64,000 bases of DNA from Betaproteobacteria bacterium. Lineage in GTDB: Bacteria; Pseudomonadota; Gammaproteobacteria; Burkholderiales; SG8-41. The first letter of the stretch is position 1. Each line of letters starts with the position of its first letter. Positions 52,911 to 62,859 of the stretch are shown here, piece by piece. The notes under the pieces were generated by a model that saw only the letters and a list, made by a program, of their open reading frames with translations, was not told the origin of the DNA and ran no database searches. The position numbers were made by a program, and so were the translations under genes. The DNA lies in the NCBI GenBank assembly GCA_025363435.1, contig JANYDY010000090.1, positions 24,030 to 88,029 on the forward strand. Reading direction: 5' to 3'.

Positions 52911-55862
52911 TCATGCAAAGCGGCGCGGCTCGCCCGCTCCGTAAAGGTTCGCCACGCAGCGCGCGCAAATCTCCGCATGCGCCGCATCGGCGCCAACATC
53001 GGCGCGGTAATGCCAGCAGCGTTCGCACTTGCTGTACGTCGTTGCGCTGACTTTCACGCTGACGCCCTCAAGCGCCGTGGCTATCGCACCGGCGTCACTG
53101 CCTTTATTGACAGTGGTCCGCGAGGTAATAAAGGCAAAACGCAAATCGTCGGCAAATGAACTCAACAGCGCATGATTTTCGCCATCAGCGTAGAGATCGA
53201 CCTCGCCGGCAAGCGAAGAACCGATCTTGCCGGCAATGCGCAGGTCTTCGAGCAGCTTCAAGACGTCGGAGCGCAAAGCACGCAACTTCTGCCAGCGCCC
53301 GCGCAAGACATCGGCATCGCGCGGCTGCGGAAACTGATACCAGGTCTGTTCGAAAACGCTGCTGTCAGTGCCATTGAGCGTTTCCCAGACTTCGCTGGCA
53401 GTGAACGACAACACCGGCGCCATCAGGCGCACCAGTGTCTGCGTCATGTGATAAAGCGCGTTTTGCGCCGAACGCCGCGCGCGGCTGTTGGCGCCGGCGG
53501 TATAGAGGCGGTCTTTCAGCACATCGAGATAAAACCCGCCGAGGTCTTCGGAACAGAAGGACTGCAGTTTCTGCGCGACGTTGTGAAATTCGTAACGTCC
53601 GTAATGGCCGGGCGATTGCGGTTCCTTGACGCCAAGTTCGGCAGGCGCCAGCGCGGCCTGCAAATCCTGCGTCATGACCAGCGCATAGCGGTCTATTTCG
53701 AGCCAGTCGTCGACCGGCAGCGCATGCGCTTTGGGGTCGAAGTCGGCGATGTTGGCCAGCAGAAAACGCAGCGTGTTGCGGATGCGCCGGTACGATTCGA
53801 CGACGCGCTTCAAAATTTCATCCGAAATCGACAACTCGCCCGAATAATCGGTCTGCCCGACCCACAGACGCAGGATATCGGCGCCGAGCGTATCGAGCAC
53901 TTTCTGCGGCGCGATCACGTTGCCCACCGATTTCGACATCTTGCGGCCTTTGCCGTCGACGACGAAACCGTGCGTCAGCAAGCCGCCATAGGGCGCGACA
54001 CCGTTGATCATGCACGACACCAGCAGCGACGAATGAAACCAGCCGCGGTGCTGGTCCGAGCCTTCAAGATACAAATCGGCCGGAAACTGCAACACATCCT
54101 TGTGCGAGCCGCGCAACACCGTTTCGTGCGTCGAGCCCGAATCGAACCAAACGTCCAGCGTGTCGCGGATTTTTTCGTACTGGCCGGCATCGGCGCCGAG
54201 CAGCTCGCCTATATCGAGCTGCTGCCATGCTTCGATACCCGATTGTTCGACTTTTTGTGCAATCGTTTCCAGCAACTCAAGCGTGCGCGGATGCAGTTGG
54301 CGCGTCTCTTTGTGGATGAACAGCGGCATCGGCACGCCCCACTGGCGCTGGCGCGACAGGGTCCAGTCCGGACGGTTGGCGATCATGCCGTGCAGACGCG
54401 CCTTGCCCCAGTCCGGATAAAACTTCGTCGCTTCGACGGCGCGCAACGCCGTCGCGCGCAACGTCTCCGCCGGTTTGACGCCGCCGTAACCGGGCACCGC
54501 CTCCATGCCGGCGAACCATTGCGTGGTGGCGCGGTAAATGATCGGCGACTTGTGGCGCCAGCAATGCATATAGCTGTGCAGCTCCGGCTTCTCGTGAAAC
54601 AGCGCACCGTTTTCACGCAACTTCTCGACGATCTGCGGATTAGCTTTCCAGATGTTGAGCCCGCCGAACAGAGGTAGCGCTTCGCTGTAACGGCCGCTGC
54701 CCTGCACCGGCGTCAGGATTGCGTCGTCCTTCATGCCGTTGGCGCGGCAGGAGTTGAAGTCTTCGATGCCGTACGACGGCGCGCAGTGCACGATGCCGGT
54801 ACCAGTTTCAAGCGTGACGTATTCGGCCAGATAGACAGGCGAGGTGCGTTCGTAGAAAGGATGACGGAACTTGATTAATTCCAAATCCTTTCCGAGGCAG
54901 GTTGCCAGAATCTTGCTTCGCGTTATCCCATAGCCCGTCAAAAGAGGTGAGACATAATCGTCGCCATATGGACTCTGAACCAAAGGTCCTTTTTTTCCCA
55001 TTTGAATCGGAGGGCGATCATATTCCGGGGGAAATGCGAATTTTGACGCGACAATCAATAGTCCCCTGTCGGTTTCAACTAGGGCATATTCGAAATCTGG
55101 ATGTACATTAAGTGCTTGGTTGGCCGGTATCGTCCACGGCGTAGTGGTCCAGATCACGATCCAGCCCTTGGCGTCTGGCAGATTCGTCAGTCCGAACGCC
55201 TTGGCAATTTTGTCCGGCTCCGCGAACGGAAAACCGACATCGACCGCGGTGTCCTTGCGATCGATGTATTCGACCTCGGCCTCGGCCAGCGCCGAGCCGC
55301 AATCGAAGCACCAGTTCACGGGCTTCAGGCCGCGATAGACGTAGCCCTTCCCGATCAGCTTGCCGAGCGCGCGGATTTCGTCGGCTTCATTCTTGAAATC
55401 CATCGTCAGGTACGGGCGATCCCATTCGCCGAGCACGCCGAGACGGATGAAATCTTTTTTCTGGCGCTCGATCTGCACCGCCGCATAGGCGCGCGACTTC
55501 TGCTGCACTTCGCCCACGCTCAAGGCCTTGCCGAATTCTTTTTCGATCTGGATTTCGATCGGCATGCCGTGGCAATCCCAGCCCGGCACGTACGGCGCAT
55601 CGAAACCCGACAGCGATTTCGATTTGACAATGATGTCCTTGAGGATTTTGTTGACTGCATGGCCGATGTGAATATCGCCATTCGCGTACGGTGGCCCGTC
55701 GTGCAGAATGAATTTCGGCCGCCCCTGCGACGCCGCACGGATCTGTTCATAGAGCTTGCGCTCCTGCCACGCTTTCAACATCAACGGCTCGCGTTTAGCG
55801 AGATCGCCTCGCATCGGAAACGGCGTGTCCGGCAGGTTCAGGGTTTTTTTGTAATCAGCCAT
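52911..55862 (-). CDS. ileS: Isoleucyl-tRNA synthetase IleS
   Basis: The ATG at 55862 gives [13 protein letters not shown]; 983 aa. HIGH ([11 protein letters not shown]), KMSKS, C-terminal zinc-ribbon cysteines (CERCWHY...CARC). The track ORF starts at 55919. Confidence 0.97.
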   Translation of the reverse strand: MADYKKTLNLPDTPFPMRGDLAKREPLMLKAWQERKLYEQIRAASQGRPKFILHDGPPYANGDIHIGHAVNKILKDIIVKSKSLSGFDAPYVPGWDCHGMPIEIQIEKEFGKALSVGEVQQKSRAYAAVQIERQKKDFIRLGVLGEWDRPYLTMDFKNEADEIRALGKLIGKGYVYRGLKPVNWCFDCGSALAEAEVEYIDRKDTAVDVGFPFAEPDKIAKAFGLTNLPDAKGWIVIWTTTPWTIPANQALNVHPDFEYALVETDRGLLIVASKFAFPPEYDRPPIQMGKKGPLVQSPYGDDYVSPLLTGYGITRSKILATCLGKDLELIKFRHPFYERTSPVYLAEYVTLETGTGIVHCAPSYGIEDFNSCRANGMKDDAILTPVQGSGRYSEALPLFGGLNIWKANPQIVEKLRENGALFHEKPELHSYMHCWRHKSPIIYRATTQWFAGMEAVPGYGGVKPAETLRATALRAVEATKFYPDWGKARLHGMIANRPDWTLSRQRQWGVPMPLFIHKETRQLHPRTLELLETIAQKVEQSGIEAWQQLDIGELLGADAGQYEKIRDTLDVWFDSGSTHETVLRGSHKDVLQFPADLYLEGSDQHRGWFHSSLLVSCMINGVAPYGGLLTHGFVVDGKGRKMSKSVGNVIAPQKVLDTLGADILRLWVGQTDYSGELSISDEILKRVVESYRRIRNTLRFLLANIADFDPKAHALPVDDWLEIDRYALVMTQDLQAALAPAELGVKEPQSPGHYGRYEFHNVAQKLQSFCSEDLGGFYLDVLKDRLYTAGANSRARRSAQNALYHMTQTLVRLMAPVLSFTASEVWETLNGTDSSVFEQTWYQFPQPRDADVLRGRWQKLRALRSDVLKLLEDLRIAGKIGSSLAGEVDLYADGENHALLSSFADDLRFAFITSRTTVNKGSDAGAIATALEGVSVKVSATTYSKCERCWHYRADVGADAAHAEICARCVANLYGAGEPRRFA

Positions 55863-56808
55863 TGCGGGTCTTGCGGTTGGTTGCACGCGCGGCAAAAAAG
55901 CCTTTCGCGTTTTCGACATCGCGCGCGATCTGGCGCTTTAATGTTTCGATGTCGGCGTATTTTTCCTCGTCGCGGAATTTATGCAAAAACTCGATCTTCA
56001 AATGTTTACCGTAGATATCGCGATCGAAATCGAACAGATGCACTTCAAGACAAGGCCGCGCGTCACGCGCTACAGTGGGCCGCACACCGAGACTCGCCAC
56101 ACCCGGCAGTATCCTGCCGTCCAGGCCCTGCACTTCAACGGCAAAAATGCCCGCCAGTGGCGGCCGGTTGTGTTTCATCAGCACGTTGGCAGTCGGGCAT
56201 CCGAGCGTGCGGCCGAAACCGTCGCCGTGGACGACGCGCCCGCTGATCGAATAAGCACGGCCCAGAAGGCGTTGCGCACCCGTCATGTCGCCGGCTGCCA
56301 GCGCCTCACGCACCGCAGTGCTCGAAACGCGTATGCCGTCAACCAAAACACTGGTCATCGCATGCACTTCAAAACCACAGCGCGCCTCGGCGGCCTTCAG
56401 CATGACGAAATCGCCGGCGCGGCGCGCGCCGAAACGAAAATCGTCGCCAACCTGTATCCAGCGTGCACCGAGACCGCGCTGCAGCAGGCGCTCGATAAAG
56501 TCTTCCGGTGCGGTTTTCGCAAAATCGAAATTGAAACGGCAGATATGCACGCGCTCGACACCGGCGCGTTCAAGCAATTCAAGTTTTTCGCGCAATGAGG
56601 TCAGGCGTGTCGGCGCTTTGTCCGGCGCAAAAAATTCGCGTGGATGCGGTTCAAACGTCATCACGCAGGACGGCAGCGAGCGCTCGCGCGCCGCCGCGCT
56701 CAAACGCGCCAGCATCGCCTGGTGGCCGAGATGTACACCATCGAAGTTGCCTATGGTCAGGGCAACAGGCATCTCGGCAGCGTCCGGTATGGTGCGTGAG
56801 ATGCGCAT
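55855..56808 (-). CDS. ribF: Bifunctional riboflavin kinase / FAD synthetase RibF
   Basis: The ATG at 56808 gives [22 protein letters not shown] adenylyltransferase motif and a C-terminal riboflavin kinase domain ([11 protein letters not shown]). Confidence 0.95.
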   Translation of the reverse strand: MRISRTIPDAAEMPVALTIGNFDGVHLGHQAMLARLSAAARERSLPSCVMTFEPHPREFFAPDKAPTRLTSLREKLELLERAGVERVHICRFNFDFAKTAPEDFIERLLQRGLGARWIQVGDDFRFGARRAGDFVMLKAAEARCGFEVHAMTSVLVDGIRVSSTAVREALAAGDMTGAQRLLGRAYSISGRVVHGDGFGRTLGCPTANVLMKHNRPPLAGIFAVEVQGLDGRILPGVASLGVRPTVARDARPCLEVHLFDFDRDIYGKHLKIEFLHKFRDEEKYADIETLKRQIARDVENAKGFFAARATNRKTRNG

Positions 56809-56935
56809 ACAAGCCAAGCTAAAAGCTTGAATTGTAGCGTGTTTTAGACGAAGCGGTCTAGGCGCGCGGACTCGTTACTGGCGAAGCCAGCCGTTTGCGG
56901 GCAGCGCGCCACGCCCTCGCTCTCGGCCCGAAGTT

Positions 56936-57724
56936 TTACCGATGACCCATCGCGAGGGCGCTGAGGGCCACTGCGCCGGTGGCCGAATCAAACTGCAAAG
57001 CCACATCGGCATGCGCGAAGGCCGCGCCGAGCAGAATAATCGCCGGACCATCGCCAAGTTGCGCAGCGGCACGCGGTAATTCCACGAGATTGCTGCGGAT
57101 ACGATGCGTGTTTGGCAGCGACGCATTTTCGACCAGCAGGACGGCTGTTTCCGCCGGCATGCCCGCCGCTAACAAACCCGCCGACAATGCCTGCGCCTGG
57201 CCGGCGGCCATGTAAATCGCCGCACTGTCCGCATTGCATACGGCCTTGATCCACTCGCTTGGGTCCTTACCGGCGCCGATGCGCGGCGTCACCAGCGCAA
57301 CATTGCGGCTGACGCCGCGTTGCGTGAATGAAATTTTCAGATCGGCGCAAGCTGCCAGCGCGGCCGTAATGCCGGGCACGATTTCAACCACAACACCGGC
57401 GTCATGCAAGGCATCGATTTCTTCCTGCGCGCGGCCGAACAGCATGGGATCGCCGCCTTTGAGGCGAACGACGGTTGCAACTCTTTGCGCGGCGTCGATC
57501 AGGCGCTTGTTGATGAAACGCTGTGCGGTCGAGTGCTTGCCGCAGCGTTTACCGACGGCGATTTTTTCCGCCTTCGCGGCCAGGGCAACGACTTCCGGAT
57601 TAACCAGCGCATCGAAAAAAACGATATCGGCTCGTTCAAGCAGACGCGCGGCGCGCAGCGTCAGTAAATCAGGCGCGCCAGGGCCGGCGCCGACCAGATA
57701 GACGGTGCCACATGCAGATTTCAT
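56936..57724 (-). CDS. cobA: Uroporphyrinogen-III C-methyltransferase (SUMT, CobA/CysG-C type)
   Basis: 262 aa. VYLVGAGPGAPDLLTLRA...VVRLKGGDPMLFGRAQEE...VPGITAA. Confidence 0.9.
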   Translation of the reverse strand: MKSACGTVYLVGAGPGAPDLLTLRAARLLERADIVFFDALVNPEVVALAAKAEKIAVGKRCGKHSTAQRFINKRLIDAAQRVATVVRLKGGDPMLFGRAQEEIDALHDAGVVVEIVPGITAALAACADLKISFTQRGVSRNVALVTPRIGAGKDPSEWIKAVCNADSAAIYMAAGQAQALSAGLLAAGMPAETAVLLVENASLPNTHRIRSNLVELPRAAAQLGDGPAIILLGAAFAHADVALQFDSATGAVALSALAMGHR

Positions 57725-58248
57725 TTTGCTGCAGCAGCTTGTGCCGTAGCAGCACGCCGCCGGAACAGCGGCTGCGGGCGCTCAACCGACGTCTGATAGG
57801 CTTCGCTGAAATCACCGAAGGCCGACAACGCGGCCTTCGCATCTTCGCCGGCTTTCAGATCGAAAGCATCAAAGCCGCAGCGTGAAAGGTAGAACACCAC
57901 ATCGCGAATCACGTCGCCGATCGCGCGCAATTCGCCGGTCCAGCCGTACCGCTCGCGCAACAGGCGCGCAATCGACGAACCGCGGCCGTCGGTGAAATGC
58001 GGGAAGTCAACGGCGACCAGATCAAAATGATTCAGGTCGCCGGCAATCACGGCGGGATCGTCGGTATTGGCAAGCCACACGCCCAAGCGCCCTTTGCGCG
58101 CGAGCAAGGCATCTTTCTGCGCCAGCCACTGCGCCAGCGGCACGATCACATCGCCTTCCGGCACCGCCGGCAGGCTTTTGTCGGCGCCGGCCTTAAGCAG
58201 CTGCCAATTGTTCGCCGCGACCTGCCGGTTTTTTATGATGCCCGCCAT
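57721..58248 (-). CDS. DUF934-family protein associated with sulfite reductase
   Basis: The ATG at 58248 gives MAGIIKNRQVAANNWQLL. FDLVAVDFPHFTDGRGSSIARLLRERYGWTGELRAIGDV matches my recollection of the DUF934 pattern. Overlaps the cysI 3' end by 56 nt. Confidence 0.8.
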   Translation of the reverse strand: MAGIIKNRQVAANNWQLLKAGADKSLPAVPEGDVIVPLAQWLAQKDALLARKGRLGVWLANTDDPAVIAGDLNHFDLVAVDFPHFTDGRGSSIARLLRERYGWTGELRAIGDVIRDVVFYLSRCGFDAFDLKAGEDAKAALSAFGDFSEAYQTSVERPQPLFRRRAATAQAAAAK

Positions 58249-59893
58249 ACACATGCTCCTTGAATGGTTCAATGCCGATGCGTTGCACCACATCGATAAA
58301 ACGTTCTTCCGCGCTATCGCGGCGTTCAATGTAAAGATCGATCAACTTCTCGACCACGCCGGGCACCTCGGCTTGCGACACCGACGGCCCGAGCACCTTG
58401 CCCAGCGCCGCCTTGTTGCCCTGCGCACCGCCGATCGAGATCTGGTAGAACTCGGCGCCCTGCTTGTCGACACCCAGCACGCCGATATGACCGACATGAT
58501 GATGACCGCAGGAATTCATGCAACCGGAAATATTCAGATCGAGTTCTCCGATGTCATAGAGATAATCGAGATCGTCGAAACGACGCGTAATGGCATCGGC
58601 TACCGGCAGCGATTTCGCATTGGCCAGTGAACAGAAATCACCGCCCGGGCAGGCGATGATGTTGGTCAGGAGGCCGATGTTCGGCGTTGCCAGCCCGAGT
58701 TCACGCGCCTGCTGCCAGAGCTCGAATAGATCCGACTGGCGCACATCGGCGAGTATCAGATTCTGCTCGTGCGACACGCGCAATTCGCCGAAACTGTAGC
58801 GATCGGCAAGATCGGCCACTGCTTCCATTTGCGCATCCGTCATGTCGCCGGGTGCGACGCCGGTTTTTTTTAGCGACAGCGTGACCGCCGCATAACCGGC
58901 GACCTTGTGCGCCTGCACGTTGCGGCGTGCCCAGCTGGCGAATGCCTTGTCGCGGCCGAGAGCGAGCACATAACCGGACGCGAGTTTGTCCAGTTTTTGA
59001 TAGGCCGGACGGGTGAAGCGTTTAGTGATGCGCTCGACTTCCTCCTCGATCAGCGTTGCCGGACCATCTTTCAGATGCGCCCATTCGGCTTCGACCTGCG
59101 CACGGAACACCTCGGGCTTGGTTTCCTTGACGAGTATCTTGATGCGCGCCTTGTACTTGTTGTCGCGCCGGCCGTAGCGGTTGTAAACGCGCAGCACGGC
59201 GTCAAGATAGGTCAGCAGATGCTGCCACGGCAGAAATTCGCGGATCACCGTGCCGATGATAGGCGTGCGACCGAGGCCGCCACCGACGTAAACGCGGAAG
59301 CCGATGTTGCCCTTGTCGTCGTACTGCGCCTGCAACCCGATGTCATGCACCTGAATGGCAGCGCGGTCGGTTTCAGCGCCACTGACGGCGATCTTGAATT
59401 TGCGCGGCAGGAAGGCGAATTCCGGGTGGAAAGCAGACCACTGACGGATAATTTCGCACCACACCAGCGGATCAACGATCTCGTCCGGCGCCACGCCTGC
59501 AAAATGATCAACCGTGGTATTGCGTATGCAATTACCGCTGGTTTGAATCGCGTGCATCTGCACACTCGCCAGCTTCTCAAGAATATCGGGCACGTCCTCA
59601 AGCTTGGGCCAGTTGTACTGGATGTTCTGGCGCGTGCTGAAATGAGCGTAGCCGCGGTCCCATTTGCGCGCAATGTAAGCAAGCGCTCGCAATTGACGGG
59701 AGGCCAGCAGGCCATAGGGGATGGCCACCCGCAGCATAGGTGCAAATCTCTGTATATAAAGACCATTCTGCAGTCGCAGCGGCCGGAAGTCGTCTTCGGA
59801 CAGGCTGCCTGCCAGAAAACGACTCGTCTGGTCGCGAAACTGCGCGACCCGGTCGTCGACGATGCGTTGATCAATTTCGTCGTAGATGTACAT
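58193..59893 (-). CDS. cysI: Sulfite reductase hemoprotein (nitrite/sulfite reductase family, CysI-type)
   Basis: 566 aa. Siroheme/4Fe-4S cysteine clusters (IIACPGGDFC and SGCMNSCGHHH), duplicated half-domain architecture. Confidence 0.92.
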   Translation of the reverse strand: MYIYDEIDQRIVDDRVAQFRDQTSRFLAGSLSEDDFRPLRLQNGLYIQRFAPMLRVAIPYGLLASRQLRALAYIARKWDRGYAHFSTRQNIQYNWPKLEDVPDILEKLASVQMHAIQTSGNCIRNTTVDHFAGVAPDEIVDPLVWCEIIRQWSAFHPEFAFLPRKFKIAVSGAETDRAAIQVHDIGLQAQYDDKGNIGFRVYVGGGLGRTPIIGTVIREFLPWQHLLTYLDAVLRVYNRYGRRDNKYKARIKILVKETKPEVFRAQVEAEWAHLKDGPATLIEEEVERITKRFTRPAYQKLDKLASGYVLALGRDKAFASWARRNVQAHKVAGYAAVTLSLKKTGVAPGDMTDAQMEAVADLADRYSFGELRVSHEQNLILADVRQSDLFELWQQARELGLATPNIGLLTNIIACPGGDFCSLANAKSLPVADAITRRFDDLDYLYDIGELDLNISGCMNSCGHHHVGHIGVLGVDKQGAEFYQISIGGAQGNKAALGKVLGPSVSQAEVPGVVEKLIDLYIERRDSAEERFIDVVQRIGIEPFKEHVYGGHHKKPAGRGEQLAAA

Positions 59894-60004
59894 GTTTTAT
59901 TAGCTTCTTTTTTCGAACGAGTCGCATAGTATCAACCGCGCGTTATACCGGGAAAGACTGTTATGTTAGAATCTAATAACCTATGCTTATTTACAGATAA
60001 CTCC

Positions 60005-60949
60005 ATGAAAATTCAGCAATTACGCTATCTGGTCGAGGTCAACAAACAGGGCCTCAATCTGTCCGCCGCTGCCGAAAAGCTGCACACCTCCCAACCGGGC
60101 ATCAGCAAACAAATTCGCCTTTTGGAAGATGAGCTTGGCGTCGAAATCTTCGTCCGCAACGGCAAACGCGTTGTCGCCGTCACGCCGCCCGGCACGGCCA
60201 TCCTCGAAATTGCGCAGCGCATTCTGCACGAAGCCGAAAATCTCAAACAGGCCGCACAGGACTATTCAAATCAGGACGCCGGCAAACTGACCATCGCGAC
60301 CACGCACACGCAGGCGCGTTACGCACTGCCCGAGGTGATCCGCCGCTTCAGCCAGAAATACCCCAAGGTCAAGCTCGGCCTGATCCAGGGTAACCCGGTG
60401 CAGATCTGCCAGTTCGCGCTGAGCGGGCAGGCGGACTTCTGCATCGCTACTGAAGCGATCTCGAGCTTCGAAGAACTGGTGATGCTGCCCTGCTACGGCT
60501 GGAACCGCTGCGTCATCGCACCGCCCGATCACCCAATACTGAAGAAAAAAACGCTGACTATCGAGGAGATTGCGCGTTATCCGATCATCACCTACGATTT
60601 CGCCTTCACCGGCCGCTCGCAAATCAATCATGCGTTCGAAGCCAAAGGCCTGAAACCGAATGTTGTGCTGACTGCCATAGACTCCGATGTCATCAAGACC
60701 TATGTCGCGCTCGGCCTCGGCATCGGCATACTGGCAAAAATGGCCTACGACCCTGAGCAGGACAGAAACCTGCGCGCGATGGACGCGAGCCACCTCTTCG
60801 AATCGAGCACCACGCGCATCGGCATCCCGCGCAAGGCCTATCTGCGCGGCTATATTTACGATTTCATCGAAATGTTCGCGCCGCAGTTAAGCCGCAAAGT
60901 GGTGGACGATGCGGTGCACGGCAAACCGAAAATCGACTACGACATGTGA
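60005..60949 (+). CDS. cysB: LysR-family regulator, CysB/Cbl-like
   Basis: The ATG at 60005 gives MKIQQLRYLVEVNKQGLNLSAAAEKLHTSQPGISKQIRLLEDELG, a CysB-type HTH. Divergent from cysI. Confidence 0.8.
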   Translation: MKIQQLRYLVEVNKQGLNLSAAAEKLHTSQPGISKQIRLLEDELGVEIFVRNGKRVVAVTPPGTAILEIAQRILHEAENLKQAAQDYSNQDAGKLTIATTHTQARYALPEVIRRFSQKYPKVKLGLIQGNPVQICQFALSGQADFCIATEAISSFEELVMLPCYGWNRCVIAPPDHPILKKKTLTIEEIARYPIITYDFAFTGRSQINHAFEAKGLKPNVVLTAIDSDVIKTYVALGLGIGILAKMAYDPEQDRNLRAMDASHLFESSTTRIGIPRKAYLRGYIYDFIEMFAPQLSRKVVDDAVHGKPKIDYDM

Positions 60950-60968
60950 GCCGCCGATTGCCGGCGGC
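60950..60968. terminator. Hairpin between convergent cysB and tlpA-like genes
   Basis: GCCGCCG-attgc-CGGCGGC (7-bp stem) directly after the cysB stop. No T-run. Confidence 0.3.
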
Positions 60969-60977
60969 ACGACGCGG

Positions 60978-61574
60978 CTAACGAAACTGGCGCGACAACT
61001 GCGCAATCAGTTTGTCGTCGTCCCAGTTCAATTCGCCGATATGGCTGTAACGGACGCGGCCATCCGCGCCGACAATAAAACTCGCCGGCAGTCCGCGTGC
61101 TCGCCAGGCCTTCATGGCGACGCTGCTGTGGTCGCGTAAAAAAATAAAATCGAGCGGCAGCTTCTGCAGAAATTCTTCGATGCGCGCCTCCCCTTCGCCG
61201 ACATTGATGGCGAGCACGACAAACGGTTTACCGGCGAAGCGTTTTTGCAGCCGCTGCATCGAGGGCATTTCATCGCGGCAGGGCTCACACCAGGTCGCCC
61301 AGAAATTGATCAACACGACTTTGCCGCGATAATCGGTCAACCGGTGTTTTTTTCCAGCAAGGTCGGCAAGTTCCAGTGCCGGCGTCGCGCCGCCGCTCCA
61401 CGGCTTCAACGCCTGTGCCGTTGCAGCGCCATTTGCAGCCGGCACTACGATGAGCAGCATGGTCCACACAGCGGCCAGCAAGAGAATGCCGGTGCGGCAA
61501 CAGAAAAATTTATTCACGAAGAGCAGATGCAAAAACAGCGGGCCCGAACATTCAGGCCCGCCGCCTTTGATCAA
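60978..61574 (-). CDS. TlpA/ResA-like periplasmic thiol:disulfide oxidoreductase
   Basis: Thioredoxin fold with WATWCEPC. Signal-like VNKFFCCRTGILLLAAVWTMLLIVVPAANGA. The start is uncertain: either TTG 61574 overlapping the upstream stop, or GTG 61517. Confidence 0.8.
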   Translation of the reverse strand: MIKGGGPECSGPLFLHLLFVNKFFCCRTGILLLAAVWTMLLIVVPAANGAATAQALKPWSGGATPALELADLAGKKHRLTDYRGKVVLINFWATWCEPCRDEMPSMQRLQKRFAGKPFVVLAINVGEGEARIEEFLQKLPLDFIFLRDHSSVAMKAWRARGLPASFIVGADGRVRYSHIGELNWDDDKLIAQLSRQFR

Positions 61575-62686
61575 GCGCCGAACGAGGTCAGTTCCTGCGC
61601 CGTCATTTGATAACGGAAATTATCCGGATCAAGACTGTCGAGCCGGCCTGAGGTGGTTTCCGCCTGCGGATACATGAGGAAGCCGATCTTGCCGTTGGTG
61701 GACCTGGGCAGGGTGACGTCATGTGCAGTGTTGAACGCCAGCCAGTTCATTTCCCACGAACCGAACAAACGCGTACGCGCAGCCTTCACCAGCGCGTCGT
61801 CGATCGGCAATTGCGCATCGGGTTTTTCTTCGAGTATCACCTTGCGCACGTCGGCCGGGTCAACCGGCACCCAACCGTAACTCGCGGTATAAAACTCGGC
61901 GCGGCAATGCTGCGCCCGCGTTACATTTTCAGTGCCGGCACCCAGACTGCGATAACCGTATGCCGACTTGGCCACACGCACGCCGTAGATATCGCGCGCC
62001 GGGATTCCGGATGCGCGCGCGAGACCGACGAACAGCGCATTGAGGTCGGCACACTTGCCGCCGAGGTTTTTCGATTCGAGCAAATACTTGATGTCGCCGA
62101 CGCCGCAACCGCGGGTCTTCGGATCGCGGTAGGTGTTTTCGACGATCCATTCGTAGATCGCGCGCGCCTTCTCGACGTCGCCACCACGCACGTTTTTGGT
62201 AATTTCACGCGCCGTGTCGCGCACAATGCCATCGGTCGGAATCAACTCGGTCGGCGCAAGATATTTTTGCAGTTCGGCGCGATCCGCCTTTACCCCGGCG
62301 CCCGGCTTGCTTAAGTCGACGGCGCGATCACGCGTCGCGAAGCGGCTGATCACCTGCACGGCCGGCACCTTGCTCGCATCGGCTGTTTCAAAGTAGAGCA
62401 TTTCGGCGCCGGTTTTGCTGTCGCTTACCGCCGTGGCGGTGCCGCCTTCGACGCTCCAGGTGCTGCCGAGATTTTTCTGATAATCACTGTCGCCGGCAAT
62501 CGGCAACGGCAACCACACGCGCGTCACGCCCGCGGGTTTGAGCACACCAACTTTAGTGGTCACTTCAAAAACGCGCCACTTGTCGGTCGATGCCGCAAGG
62601 GCTTCGGACACCAACTGCGGCATGGCGGAAACCGCTGCCGCAGCAGGCAGCGCAGTCGTAGTCTTGATGAAATCCCGTCTGTTCAT
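61571..62686 (-). CDS. Tat-exported transglutaminase-like cysteine peptidase family protein
   Basis: 371 aa. Twin-arginine signal MNRRDFIKTTTALPAAAAVSA. Transglutaminase core GGKCADLNALFVGLARASGIPARDIYG...HCRAEFY...GWVPVDPAD (Cys-His-Asp). Confidence 0.85.
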   Translation of the reverse strand: MNRRDFIKTTTALPAAAAVSAMPQLVSEALAASTDKWRVFEVTTKVGVLKPAGVTRVWLPLPIAGDSDYQKNLGSTWSVEGGTATAVSDSKTGAEMLYFETADASKVPAVQVISRFATRDRAVDLSKPGAGVKADRAELQKYLAPTELIPTDGIVRDTAREITKNVRGGDVEKARAIYEWIVENTYRDPKTRGCGVGDIKYLLESKNLGGKCADLNALFVGLARASGIPARDIYGVRVAKSAYGYRSLGAGTENVTRAQHCRAEFYTASYGWVPVDPADVRKVILEEKPDAQLPIDDALVKAARTRLFGSWEMNWLAFNTAHDVTLPRSTNGKIGFLMYPQAETTSGRLDSLDPDNFRYQMTAQELTSFGA

Positions 62687-62859
62687 AGCAACTCACCTCT
62701 CAAGTAATGTTCCGGATCATGAAGGTTCGGTCGCGTGCACGACGCGACGTTGCCGTCAGCGGGAGGGCGGCTTGTGCGGGCGGCACGCGGGATTGCGGCG
62801 TGCGAGACGAACATAGGGCTTCATGAGAGGCGTAAGGATACTCGGCAAACGTCGAACGC

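Noticed and set aside
53172-54677. 501-aa ORF on the plus strand
   Set aside because: It is antisense to ileS, which has unambiguous HIGH/KMSKS motifs. This is a shadow ORF with Arg/Ala-rich low-information sequence.
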